Assembly (NCBI GenBank): GCA_045545475.1
Contig: JAZQAZ010000014.1
Span: 10,938-74,937, forward strand
Length of the DNA: 64,000 bases
Reading direction: 5' to 3'
From: Clostridia bacterium
GTDB taxonomy: Bacteria > Bacillota > Clostridia > CAKSNL01 > HGM11501
Shown here: positions 29,009 through 36,860 of the stretch, piece after piece
Position numbering within the stretch: the stretch's first letter is position 1
How the letters are laid out: every line of letters begins with the position of its first letter
Position numbers and translations under genes: made by a program
The notes under the pieces: model-generated
Database searches by the model: none
Told to the model about the DNA's origin: nothing
What the model saw: the letters and a program-made list of their open reading frames with translations, nothing else

Positions 29009-29701
29009 GTGGGCTATACAAAAGAAAAGATTATTGAAAAATGCGAAAAAGCATTTTGCGATATAAAGACTTTTTATAAAAAAGATTTTATAAATTACGG
29101 CGGACGTACAACTGATACGGATGAATATTATACAGAGGTTGTAGCGGAGTTTCTTATTAAGCGTATTGCACAATACGTCAAAGGTATTCCTGAGATAACA
29201 AGAGAAAGCACATATAAAACGCCGACTCATGACGGAATGTATGATGAAAATACGCCCCGTGAGGAAGAAAAAATTGCAATGGAAATGTTTAATCAGTCAA
29301 AAGAAGGTAAGAGTTATAATTTTATAGGGGATATTATTGATTATCAGACACCTCTTAAAAACAAACGTGAGGATGTTGCGGGGAAGATTGATTTGCTTTC
29401 TTATGACGGTAACTTTTTAAGGATTCTGGAACTTAAAAAGCCGTTGAGTGATGAAAGTATGTTAAGGTGTGTTCTCGAAGGATATACATATCTCAAAACG
29501 GTAAATAAGAAAAAATTACTTGAAGATTTCACCTTGCCTGCAGAAACAGAAGTTGTTGCTTGTCCTTTTGTTTTTAAATACGGAAAGCAGCATGAGGAGA
29601 TGAGCGAGGAAAGACCTTATTTATTTAAGCTTATGGAACTGCTATGCAGCAAGCCATATTATATAAAAAAAGAAAAAGACATTTATATTGTGGAGGAATG
29701 A
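29009..29701 (+). CDS. Hypothetical protein, putative PD-(D/E)xK-like nuclease (low-GC cassette gene 1)
   Basis: GTG start with RBS GAGAGGGGGA 5 nt upstream. Segment VAGKIDLLSYDGNFLRILELKKP fits a hhhDhhh...(13 aa)...hhEhK restriction-endonuclease-fold core. No other recognisable domain. Local GC is about 35%. Confidence 0.4.
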   Translation: MGYTKEKIIEKCEKAFCDIKTFYKKDFINYGGRTTDTDEYYTEVVAEFLIKRIAQYVKGIPEITRESTYKTPTHDGMYDENTPREEEKIAMEMFNQSKEGKSYNFIGDIIDYQTPLKNKREDVAGKIDLLSYDGNFLRILELKKPLSDESMLRCVLEGYTYLKTVNKKKLLEDFTLPAETEVVACPFVFKYGKQHEEMSEERPYLFKLMELLCSKPYYIKKEKDIYIVEE

Positions 29702-29705
29702 GTTT

Positions 29706-30347
29706 ATGAAAAAGTTATTGGAAAAGAGCGATTTATTAGCAGGGATATTTGCAGTGATTGCGGTGGTTGCTATAATGTGCGAGGTGGTCTTTGGGGGATT
29801 CACAAAAGAAAGTGTTGTGGGCGGAATAAAAGATATAATGGGAATTACAGTAGATATTTTGGTGTTACTTGTGGCGGCAAGTGCGCTTATTCGTAAACCG
29901 TTGAATTTCAGGAAGGCATTTACGGAAGCGATGAATGAAATAACAGAAAAATATAACCCTCTTCTTATCGAAGATAAAAAAGAGGATGTTATCAGATATA
30001 GGATTGCAAGTAATTCGGATGCTTTATTTACAGGGGAAGCCAAGGATCCCGAAAGAGTGTTTGAACTTGAAAAAAATAAACCTGAAGAAATTCGTTTTTA
30101 TGTTAACAAAAGCTTTTTTGATCATAAGGGTGGAGAAGATTTTGATGCTGAATTAATAGCAAACCAAATTTCTGTAAGGTTGGCAGCTGTATACAAAAAC
30201 TACAATATTTTACCGTTTGAAAATAAAAAGAATTATGGCATTAAAGTGAATTTCACTCGTACGATGAATAAGAGAGAGGATATTGACGAGATTGTATCCT
30301 TGATAGATTACGCTTTGTTTTTATTTGTTGCAAGGAATAAATCATGA
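29706..30347 (+). CDS. Hypothetical 2-TM membrane protein (low-GC cassette gene 2)
   Basis: RBS GGAGG then ATG 29706. Two N-terminal hydrophobic helices (LLAGIFAVIAVVAIMCEVVFGGF, ITVDILVLLVAASALI) then a roughly 150-aa soluble domain with no recognisable motif. Confidence 0.45.
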   Translation: MKKLLEKSDLLAGIFAVIAVVAIMCEVVFGGFTKESVVGGIKDIMGITVDILVLLVAASALIRKPLNFRKAFTEAMNEITEKYNPLLIEDKKEDVIRYRIASNSDALFTGEAKDPERVFELEKNKPEEIRFYVNKSFFDHKGGEDFDAELIANQISVRLAAVYKNYNILPFENKKNYGIKVNFTRTMNKREDIDEIVSLIDYALFLFVARNKS

Positions 30348-31492
30348 AAATTAAAATTCATCGTGGACAAAATCAGATAGGCGGCTCTATAATTGAAGTA
30401 TCAAGCGATAATGCCAGAATATTTTTGGATATTGGCATTGAACTGGACGAGGATAAAGAGATTGAAGTGCCAAAGATAGAAGGCTTGTTTTGCGGAACTA
30501 AAAACTGTGACGCTGTTATAATCACTCATTATCACTCAGACCATATAGGACTTGCGAATTATCTTCTTTCTGATATTCCTGTTTACATGGGAAATAAGGC
30601 ATACAAGGTGATGAAAGCGGCCTATGATTACAGAGATATTGAAATGAATTTTACGCCCGACTTTATTGAAGACGGAAAGATTATTCAGATTAAAGATATT
30701 AAAATAACGCCTGTTTCTTGTGACCATTCTGCTTTTGATTCGTATATGCTTTTGATAGAACACGGCGAAGAGAAAACCTTATATACGGGGGATTTCAGAG
30801 GAAACGGCAGAATGGATTTTGAAAAGATTATTGGAAAACTGCCATGTGTGGATAATTTGATTATTGAAGGAACAACACTTTCACGCAAAGATAATATGGA
30901 AAATATACAGGAAGAAAAGCTGGAAGATATTGCTGTAGAATATCTTGATAAGCATAAGGGACCTGCGTTTATTATGATGTCGGCTATGAATATAGATAGG
31001 GTTGTAACAGCTAAAAATATTGCAAAAAGAACAAACCGATTATTTTTGGAGGATATTTATACTGCCGATATTATGACATCAATAGGGATGGATATAGAAA
31101 ATACAGGCGTGTTTATGACAGGCGGAGATAAGCAGTATGAAAAACTGCAAAGGTATCCCGACATAAAAATCGGCAAAAAAAGAATTGCAGAAACTCATTT
31201 TGTTATGTGCGTCAGAGCATCAATGAAAAACTATTTGTCTAAATTGAATGAGTTAATGTCCTTTGAAGATGGAGTGTTGTTCTATGGAATGTGGAAGGGG
31301 TATTTAGAAAGACCGGAAACAAAAGAGTTTATTGAGTTCATGGAAAGCAAAGGCGTGAAAGTTCATATTCTTCATACAAGTGGCCATGCTGATAGTATGA
31401 CTATAAAAAGGTTGATCGAGGCTGTTAAGCCTGGAAAGATAATTCCGGTTCATACTGAAAATGCGAAATGGTTTGAAAACTATAAATATTAA
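30344..31492 (+). CDS. MBL-fold beta-CASP family nuclease, compact RNase J-like (low-GC cassette gene 3)
   Basis: 382 aa. HxHxDH (ITHYHSDHIG), CDHSAF His, YTGDFRG Asp, the beta-CASP motif-C HTSGHA, and KPGKIIPVHTE. The start overlaps the upstream gene by 4 nt (ATGA). Confidence 0.75.
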   Translation: MKIKIHRGQNQIGGSIIEVSSDNARIFLDIGIELDEDKEIEVPKIEGLFCGTKNCDAVIITHYHSDHIGLANYLLSDIPVYMGNKAYKVMKAAYDYRDIEMNFTPDFIEDGKIIQIKDIKITPVSCDHSAFDSYMLLIEHGEEKTLYTGDFRGNGRMDFEKIIGKLPCVDNLIIEGTTLSRKDNMENIQEEKLEDIAVEYLDKHKGPAFIMMSAMNIDRVVTAKNIAKRTNRLFLEDIYTADIMTSIGMDIENTGVFMTGGDKQYEKLQRYPDIKIGKKRIAETHFVMCVRASMKNYLSKLNELMSFEDGVLFYGMWKGYLERPETKEFIEFMESKGVKVHILHTSGHADSMTIKRLIEAVKPGKIIPVHTENAKWFENYKY

Positions 31493-31556
31493 AGGCTTTC
31501 TTCATTATTAAAAGCCGCAGGCAACATTTCTGATAATGGAGCTAAGGGGAGAGGTA

Positions 31557-32159
31557 ATGACTGATTTGTTGAAAGAAAAAGCAAGCGAAATAATATCGTT
31601 GATTAATGATATTCCGGGAGTTAAAAATTGTACTCTTTACGGAAGCATTGCAAAAGATACATATGATGAATTGTCAGATATTGACATAGAGATAGATGTT
31701 TCGGGGATGGATAACGGACTCTTTATGCTGAAAATTTCAGAGCTTCTCAAGGATAAAATGGATATTTATTATGCTGATTATGCTCCGAGCCTTGCTCCCG
31801 ACAAATACATCGTGTCACTTGCAATTGATAAGGATAATCCGTTTCTTATTCTTGATTTGTGTATTGTTGCAAATCCCCACTGCACTACTGTTACGAAAGA
31901 AGATGTAATGGGTAAAAACGGAAAATACACTCATACATTAAAGCTGTGGACAGCAAACCTCAAGCATTATGTAAGAGGGAATGAGTGCCTGAAAGATATT
32001 TTGAAGATGGCAAAGAAAATCGGGATAGAAGATGCAGAAGACAGAAAAGAAGCTGAACTGCTTTTGGAAACCTTGCACTATCTTGAGGCAAATGTTCCGA
32101 GCGGTCTTTCGGAAGTTGTGAAATCCTGCAGAATGGTTTTTGATAAATTGATGAAATAA
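31557..32159 (+). CDS. Pol-beta superfamily nucleotidyltransferase with C-terminal helical domain (low-GC cassette gene 4)
   Basis: LYGSIAKDTYDELSDIDIEIDV matches the [GS]x9-13Dh[DE]h NTase signature, as in KNTase/Lnu/ANT-type or MNT enzymes. Starts at ATG 31557 after RBS AAGGGGAGAGG; the ORF track starts at 31536. Confidence 0.7.
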   Translation: MTDLLKEKASEIISLINDIPGVKNCTLYGSIAKDTYDELSDIDIEIDVSGMDNGLFMLKISELLKDKMDIYYADYAPSLAPDKYIVSLAIDKDNPFLILDLCIVANPHCTTVTKEDVMGKNGKYTHTLKLWTANLKHYVRGNECLKDILKMAKKIGIEDAEDRKEAELLLETLHYLEANVPSGLSEVVKSCRMVFDKLMK

Positions 32160-32171
32160 CAGGTGAAGAAA

Positions 32172-32738
32172 ATGGAAAAGCAAAAAAAGAGCGGCCCCGC
32201 CATATTTATGTATATTGTTATCGGTATGACAGCCGTGGCATCTGCCGTCTGCCTTTATCTGTACTATGGAGGAATTAATAAAAGCGATGCAATTCTCTGG
32301 GCAGGCATTGTGTCTTTTATGATAATGTATCATCTTTGGACAAGAATCATAATGGGGAATGTTTCAAAGCTTTTCAAAATAAATATGGATAATGCCTGGT
32401 TTTCGGAAAAGCCCTTTGAGAAAAAGCTCTATGAGCTATTGAGGGTTAAAAAGTGGAAAGATAAGGCTCTTACATACAATCCCGAAGCCTTTTCATTTAA
32501 GAAGCATACCCAGGAAGAAATCGTTTATGTTATGACAAAATCGGAAGTAGACCACTGGATAAACGAAATAATCTCACTTACAAGTATTTTGTTTTCCCTT
32601 ATCTGGGGTAAGGCGTGGATATTTTGTATAACTGCAGCTTTAGCTATGATTTTTGATGCACAGTTCATCATAATTCAGCGATATAACCGCCCCAGGCTTT
32701 TAAGAATTATTGAAAAGAAAAAAGGAAGAAGCATATGA
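32172..32738 (+). CDS. Small polytopic membrane protein, CrtO-like (glycosyl-4,4'-diaponeurosporenoate acyltransferase-like) family
   Basis: Two N-terminal TMs, then KKWKDKALTYNPEAFSFKKHTQEEI...DHW...FDAQFIIIQRYNRPRLL. This resembles the widespread Firmicutes family PGAP labels this way, from memory. The start is uncertain (32163 or 32172). Confidence 0.45.
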   Translation: MEKQKKSGPAIFMYIVIGMTAVASAVCLYLYYGGINKSDAILWAGIVSFMIMYHLWTRIIMGNVSKLFKINMDNAWFSEKPFEKKLYELLRVKKWKDKALTYNPEAFSFKKHTQEEIVYVMTKSEVDHWINEIISLTSILFSLIWGKAWIFCITAALAMIFDAQFIIIQRYNRPRLLRIIEKKKGRSI

Positions 32739-33667
32739 ACCTTTATTATGCACCCTTAGAGGGAATAAGCCTTCGGGTTTTAAGGCGTGTACACAGCGAA
32801 GTTTTCGGCTATTGCGATGCTTATTTTGCACCTTTCATAAGCCCCGGAGACCAAGAACGGGTGAACAGGAAAGGCATGAGGGATATTGCCCCGGAAGAGA
32901 ATAAAGAAATAAAACCTAAAATTCAGGTGCTTACAGGGTGTGCAGAATCATTTCTGCGTTTTGCCGAAAATGTAAAAGCACTTGGCTATGATGAAATAAA
33001 CATAAATATGGGTTGCCCCGTTCAGATGGTTACAAAAAAAGGAAGAGGCTCCGGTATTTTGAGAGAACCGGAGGCCCTGGATAATTTCCTTTCAGAAATC
33101 TTTTCTATTAGTGACGTGAAAATTTCAATCAAGACCAGAATAGGCTTTTATTCAGCAGATGAACTACCACGCCTTATTGAAATATTCAATAAATATCCCA
33201 TTTCCGAGCTTATGGTTCATCCAAGAATCCGTGAACAGTTTTACAAAGGTGTGCCTGACATGGATGCTTTTTTATATGCATATAATAATTATAAAGGCAG
33301 GCTTTGCTATAACGGGGATATATGGAATAAAGAGGACTTTGACGCTATAGAGAATACATACCCTGACCTTTCGGGTGTTATGATAGGTCGTGGAGCGGTT
33401 AAAAATCCCGCCATATTCAGAGAGATAAAGGGAGGAAAAGGTTTAAGCACAGAAGAACTTTGCACCTTTACCGAAAGAATGGCAAAAGAGTGGTATGAGG
33501 TATTGAAATCAGAAACCTACACTCTTTACAAGCTTAAGGAACTCTGGGGATATATGAGCCTCAATTTTCCGGATGAAAAGAAGATAACAAAGGCAATTAA
33601 AAAGGCATCAAAACCAGATGAACTTATCGGACTTGCAAAATTATTACCTGACATAAAGAAAGGCTGA
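32735..33667 (+). CDS. tRNA-dihydrouridine synthase family protein
   Basis: 310 aa. MNLYYAPLEGISLRVLRRV... and an FMN TIM-barrel Dus-like pattern (NMGCPV). Overlaps the upstream gene by 4 nt. Confidence 0.8.
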   Translation: MNLYYAPLEGISLRVLRRVHSEVFGYCDAYFAPFISPGDQERVNRKGMRDIAPEENKEIKPKIQVLTGCAESFLRFAENVKALGYDEININMGCPVQMVTKKGRGSGILREPEALDNFLSEIFSISDVKISIKTRIGFYSADELPRLIEIFNKYPISELMVHPRIREQFYKGVPDMDAFLYAYNNYKGRLCYNGDIWNKEDFDAIENTYPDLSGVMIGRGAVKNPAIFREIKGGKGLSTEELCTFTERMAKEWYEVLKSETYTLYKLKELWGYMSLNFPDEKKITKAIKKASKPDELIGLAKLLPDIKKG

Positions 33668-33671
33668 TTAT

Positions 33672-34199
33672 ATGAATGCGATTGTAATTTATAAAACCAA
33701 ATACGGAAGCACGAAAACTTATGCCGAATGGATAGCGGAGGAGCTTTCCTGCGACATTAAAGAGGCAAGGGATGTGAAGGCTGACGACCTGCTTAAGTAC
33801 GACACCATAATTTACGGCGGTGGGCTTTACGCCGAAATAATCAACGGCGTGTCGCTTATTACCAAAAATTATGAAAAGCTTAAAGATAAAAAGCTTATTG
33901 TATACACAACGGGAATTACCCCGCCTGACTGCAGAGAGTATTATGACGGCGAAGTAATTGAAAAGAATTTCAAAAACGGACTCGGCAACATAAAGGTGTA
34001 TAATTATCTTGGTAAAATGATTTTGGATGAGCTTACTCCCGTACACCGTATGGCAATAAAAACCCTTAAAAAGATAATGAGTGCCAAGGAAAATCCCAGA
34101 GAAATAGAAAAGCTTTTAATAAAGCTTTGCGACACCTTTGGGGATTTTACGGATAAAAAGGCTATAGGCGATCTTATAGAATATGCAAAAGCGGAGTGA
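33672..34199 (+). CDS. Flavodoxin family protein
   Basis: MNAIVIYKTKYGSTKTYAEWIAEEL...YDTIIYGGGLYA, the flavodoxin-like fold signature. Confidence 0.7.
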   Translation: MNAIVIYKTKYGSTKTYAEWIAEELSCDIKEARDVKADDLLKYDTIIYGGGLYAEIINGVSLITKNYEKLKDKKLIVYTTGITPPDCREYYDGEVIEKNFKNGLGNIKVYNYLGKMILDELTPVHRMAIKTLKKIMSAKENPREIEKLLIKLCDTFGDFTDKKAIGDLIEYAKAE

Positions 34200-34203
34200 T
34201 GAA

Positions 34204-34827
34204 ATGAAATTTATATTTGATATGGATGGCACGCTTATAGACTCTATGGATGCCTACGGCGGTGCGATGGTAAGATTTCTTGACGACAACAAAATAGAAT
34301 ATCCTTCCGATATAGTTAAGATAATAACGCCTCTTGGCTTTAAGGGCTCGGCAAAGTATTTTCTGACCCTGGGTGCGAAAAAAACAATTAATGAAATGCT
34401 TGCGGATTTTACGGAGTATATGATAGAGCCCTACACGAAAACAATCCCTGAAAAGGAAGGGGTAACGGAGACGCTTTTAAGGCTTAAAAAGGAAGGTCAT
34501 TCATTAAATGTACTTACCGCAAGCCCCCACGTTACGCTTGACCCCTGCCTTAAAAGGCTGGGCCTTTTTGACCTTTTTGAAAACGTATGGTCATGCGACG
34601 ATTTTGGTATGACAAAATCTGAACCGGAAATCTACGTTGAGGCGGCAAGAAGGCTTGGCACAACGGTTTCTGAGTGTATATTCATTGACGATAATGTAAA
34701 CGCCGTTAAAACCGCAAAGGAAGCGGGAATGCACGCCTGGGGCATTTACGATAAGTCCTCGGATTCCTATGTGGATGAAATGAAAGAAATTGCAGAACGA
34801 TATATATACACATTTTCAGAAATATAG
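34204..34827 (+). CDS. HAD family hydrolase (subfamily IA)
   Basis: FIFDMDGTLIDS (DxDGT motif I) and motif IV IFIDDNVNAV. Starts at ATG 34204 after a GGAG RBS. Confidence 0.8.
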   Translation: MKFIFDMDGTLIDSMDAYGGAMVRFLDDNKIEYPSDIVKIITPLGFKGSAKYFLTLGAKKTINEMLADFTEYMIEPYTKTIPEKEGVTETLLRLKKEGHSLNVLTASPHVTLDPCLKRLGLFDLFENVWSCDDFGMTKSEPEIYVEAARRLGTTVSECIFIDDNVNAVKTAKEAGMHAWGIYDKSSDSYVDEMKEIAERYIYTFSEI

Positions 34828-34842
34828 AAAAGAGGTATAAAG

Positions 34843-36726
34843 ATGAAAAGAAAGCTTTACGTTCCGCTTATGAACAAAGCGGTAACTGAAGAAACAAGGG
34901 AAACCTATCTTGATATGCTGAAAAAATGCGGAGCAGACACCATATTTCTCGCCAGCGGAGACAGAACGAATTTTTATACAGACGGCGAGGGAACGGCAAA
35001 TCTTGAATCAAACATAAAATATTTTGAAGATAAGGGTTATGAGGTTGGCGTATGGATAACATCCCTCGGCTACGGAACTCCCATTGCGCCGAAATACATT
35101 CCTTATATAAAGGATTATACAAAAGTTAAGGGCGTAGAAACTATATGCTACGGTGATGGCTTTTGTCCCGAAGATGAGGCTTATATGGAAAAGTATCTCG
35201 CCTGGGTGGACAGGATTGTTAAAAAAGGCGTTAAGCTTCTTATGATAGATGATGAGCTTTGCCTTTCTGCAAGACCGGGACTTGGATGCTTCTGCGATAA
35301 GCATATAAAGCTTATGGAGGATGCACTCGGCGAAAGCTTGGAGGGGAAGGACCTTAAGGAACTTTTCTTTACGGGAAAGACAAACCGCTACAGAAAGGTA
35401 TGGGAAAAAACCGTTGGCGACACGCTCCGCAATTTTGCGAAAAAGGTGCGTGCAAAGGTAGACGAAACGGATAAAAATATTCGTGTGGGCTTTTGTGCAG
35501 GCTACACCTCCTGGGACATTGAGGGAGTTGATGCCCTTGAACTTACAAAAATCCTTGCAGGGGACAATGCACCGTTCCTTCGTTTTACGGGAGCGCCTTA
35601 CTGGATTTCAAAGTGGCTTAACAAGTTTCCGGGGCAAAACCTTTCAAGCGTTTGTGAAATGGCAAGAATGCAGGAGGGGTGGAGCAGAGGAAGCGGCGTT
35701 GAAGTTTTCGCCGAGGCGGACTCATACCCACGCCCCAGATATATGATTCCCGCAAGCTATCTTGAGTGCTTTGACGCAGCTGTTACCGCAAGCGGAAATA
35801 TGGGACAGCTTAAATATATGTTTGACTATTATGCATCGCCCGAATATGAAACAGGCTATATGAAGCGTCATATTAAAAACAAACCGCTTTATGCATTTTT
35901 GGAGGAGCATTTTGCCGATAAAAAAGCATACGGCGTAAAGGTGTATGAGAAAATCCATAAGTTTACTGATATGACCTTGCCCAAGCGCTATACAAATTCT
36001 GCAGACCTTATGAAGCGCTCACTTTCTCCTGCATCATCAATGCTGGCGTTTCTGGGTGTGCCCACGGTTTATGCCGAGGACAGCGAATGTGCCATTGCCT
36101 TCGGAGAAAATGTAAAGGCGATAGAGAAAATGCCAAAGAAGCTTATTCTTGATATAACCGGTGCAAAAATCCTTAAAGAGCAGGGGATTGATACGGGCAT
36201 TGAAAGCCTTACACCGATGGACGTTCCTACCCATATGATTTGCGGAAAGGTAAGAACTACACTTACCAATCCCTGGGCAGAGTATTATAACCTTAACCTT
36301 AAAAAAGGCACAGAGGTTAAATATTACTTTGAAGCACAGGATAAAGTTTTTCCCGGTGCATACACCTATAAAAACGGAGATACTGAATTTTTGGTATTCT
36401 CCTTTGACGGATTTATAAATAAGTACGACAGCGGACTTTTTACATCCTACATCCAGGAAAAGACCGTAAAGGATTTCCTTGGCGATGAGTTTTGCTATAT
36501 AAGAAAAGAGCCTGCGGTTTATCAGATTTGTAAGCGTGACGAAGACGAAACAGCCGTATTTTTTGAAAACCTGTGGGAGGATAGTCTCTTCGATTTTGAA
36601 ATTGAGCTCGATAGGGAGTATAAAGAAGTTTCCTTCTTCGGCGCAGAGGGAATTCTCTGCGGCAAAAAAATAAAAATAACAAGTGAGATTGCACCCTACG
36701 GTATGTTTGCAGTGGTATTAAAGTAA
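34843..36726 (+). CDS. Uncharacterised 627-aa cytoplasmic protein
   Basis: Long uninterrupted ORF with good RBS AAGAGGTATAAAG. No signal peptide and no motif I can assign. Confidence 0.6.
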   Translation: MKRKLYVPLMNKAVTEETRETYLDMLKKCGADTIFLASGDRTNFYTDGEGTANLESNIKYFEDKGYEVGVWITSLGYGTPIAPKYIPYIKDYTKVKGVETICYGDGFCPEDEAYMEKYLAWVDRIVKKGVKLLMIDDELCLSARPGLGCFCDKHIKLMEDALGESLEGKDLKELFFTGKTNRYRKVWEKTVGDTLRNFAKKVRAKVDETDKNIRVGFCAGYTSWDIEGVDALELTKILAGDNAPFLRFTGAPYWISKWLNKFPGQNLSSVCEMARMQEGWSRGSGVEVFAEADSYPRPRYMIPASYLECFDAAVTASGNMGQLKYMFDYYASPEYETGYMKRHIKNKPLYAFLEEHFADKKAYGVKVYEKIHKFTDMTLPKRYTNSADLMKRSLSPASSMLAFLGVPTVYAEDSECAIAFGENVKAIEKMPKKLILDITGAKILKEQGIDTGIESLTPMDVPTHMICGKVRTTLTNPWAEYYNLNLKKGTEVKYYFEAQDKVFPGAYTYKNGDTEFLVFSFDGFINKYDSGLFTSYIQEKTVKDFLGDEFCYIRKEPAVYQICKRDEDETAVFFENLWEDSLFDFEIELDREYKEVSFFGAEGILCGKKIKITSEIAPYGMFAVVLK

Positions 36727-36764
36727 AAAAGAGTGTTCGCCGAAGCGAACACTCTTTTTATTTT
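36725..36764. terminator. Bidirectional rho-independent terminator
   Basis: A-run, then gagtgttcgc-cgaa-gcgaacactc, then T-run. Serves the + strand 627-aa gene and the minus-strand glycogen operon. Confidence 0.85.
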
Positions 36765-36859
36765 ATTATATTTCCCATCATGGCAACAGCCCAGCGGGCG
36801 AAAATTATTAAAACGATAATTAAAATGATGTATAAATACATTTTCTTTTTCTTATCCAT
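36758..36859 (-). CDS. Possible 33-aa small membrane peptide
   Basis: MDKKKKMYLYIILIIVLIIFARWAVAMMGNIIK. RBS GGAGAAAT 6 nt upstream, embedded in the 3' end of the GH13 gene. It ends inside the terminator region. Not in the ORF track because it is under the length cutoff. Confidence 0.25.
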   Translation of the reverse strand: MDKKKKMYLYIILIIVLIIFARWAVAMMGNIIK

Positions 36860-36860
36860 A

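Noticed and set aside
31536-31556. Longer N-terminus (MELRGEV...) for the nucleotidyltransferase
   Set aside because: ATG 31557 is preceded by a strong AAGGGGAGAGG RBS at optimal spacing. The upstream ATG lacks one.
32710-32904. 64-aa Arg/Cys-rich ORF overlapping the dus start
   Set aside because: An alternate frame of the dus N-terminus, so spurious.
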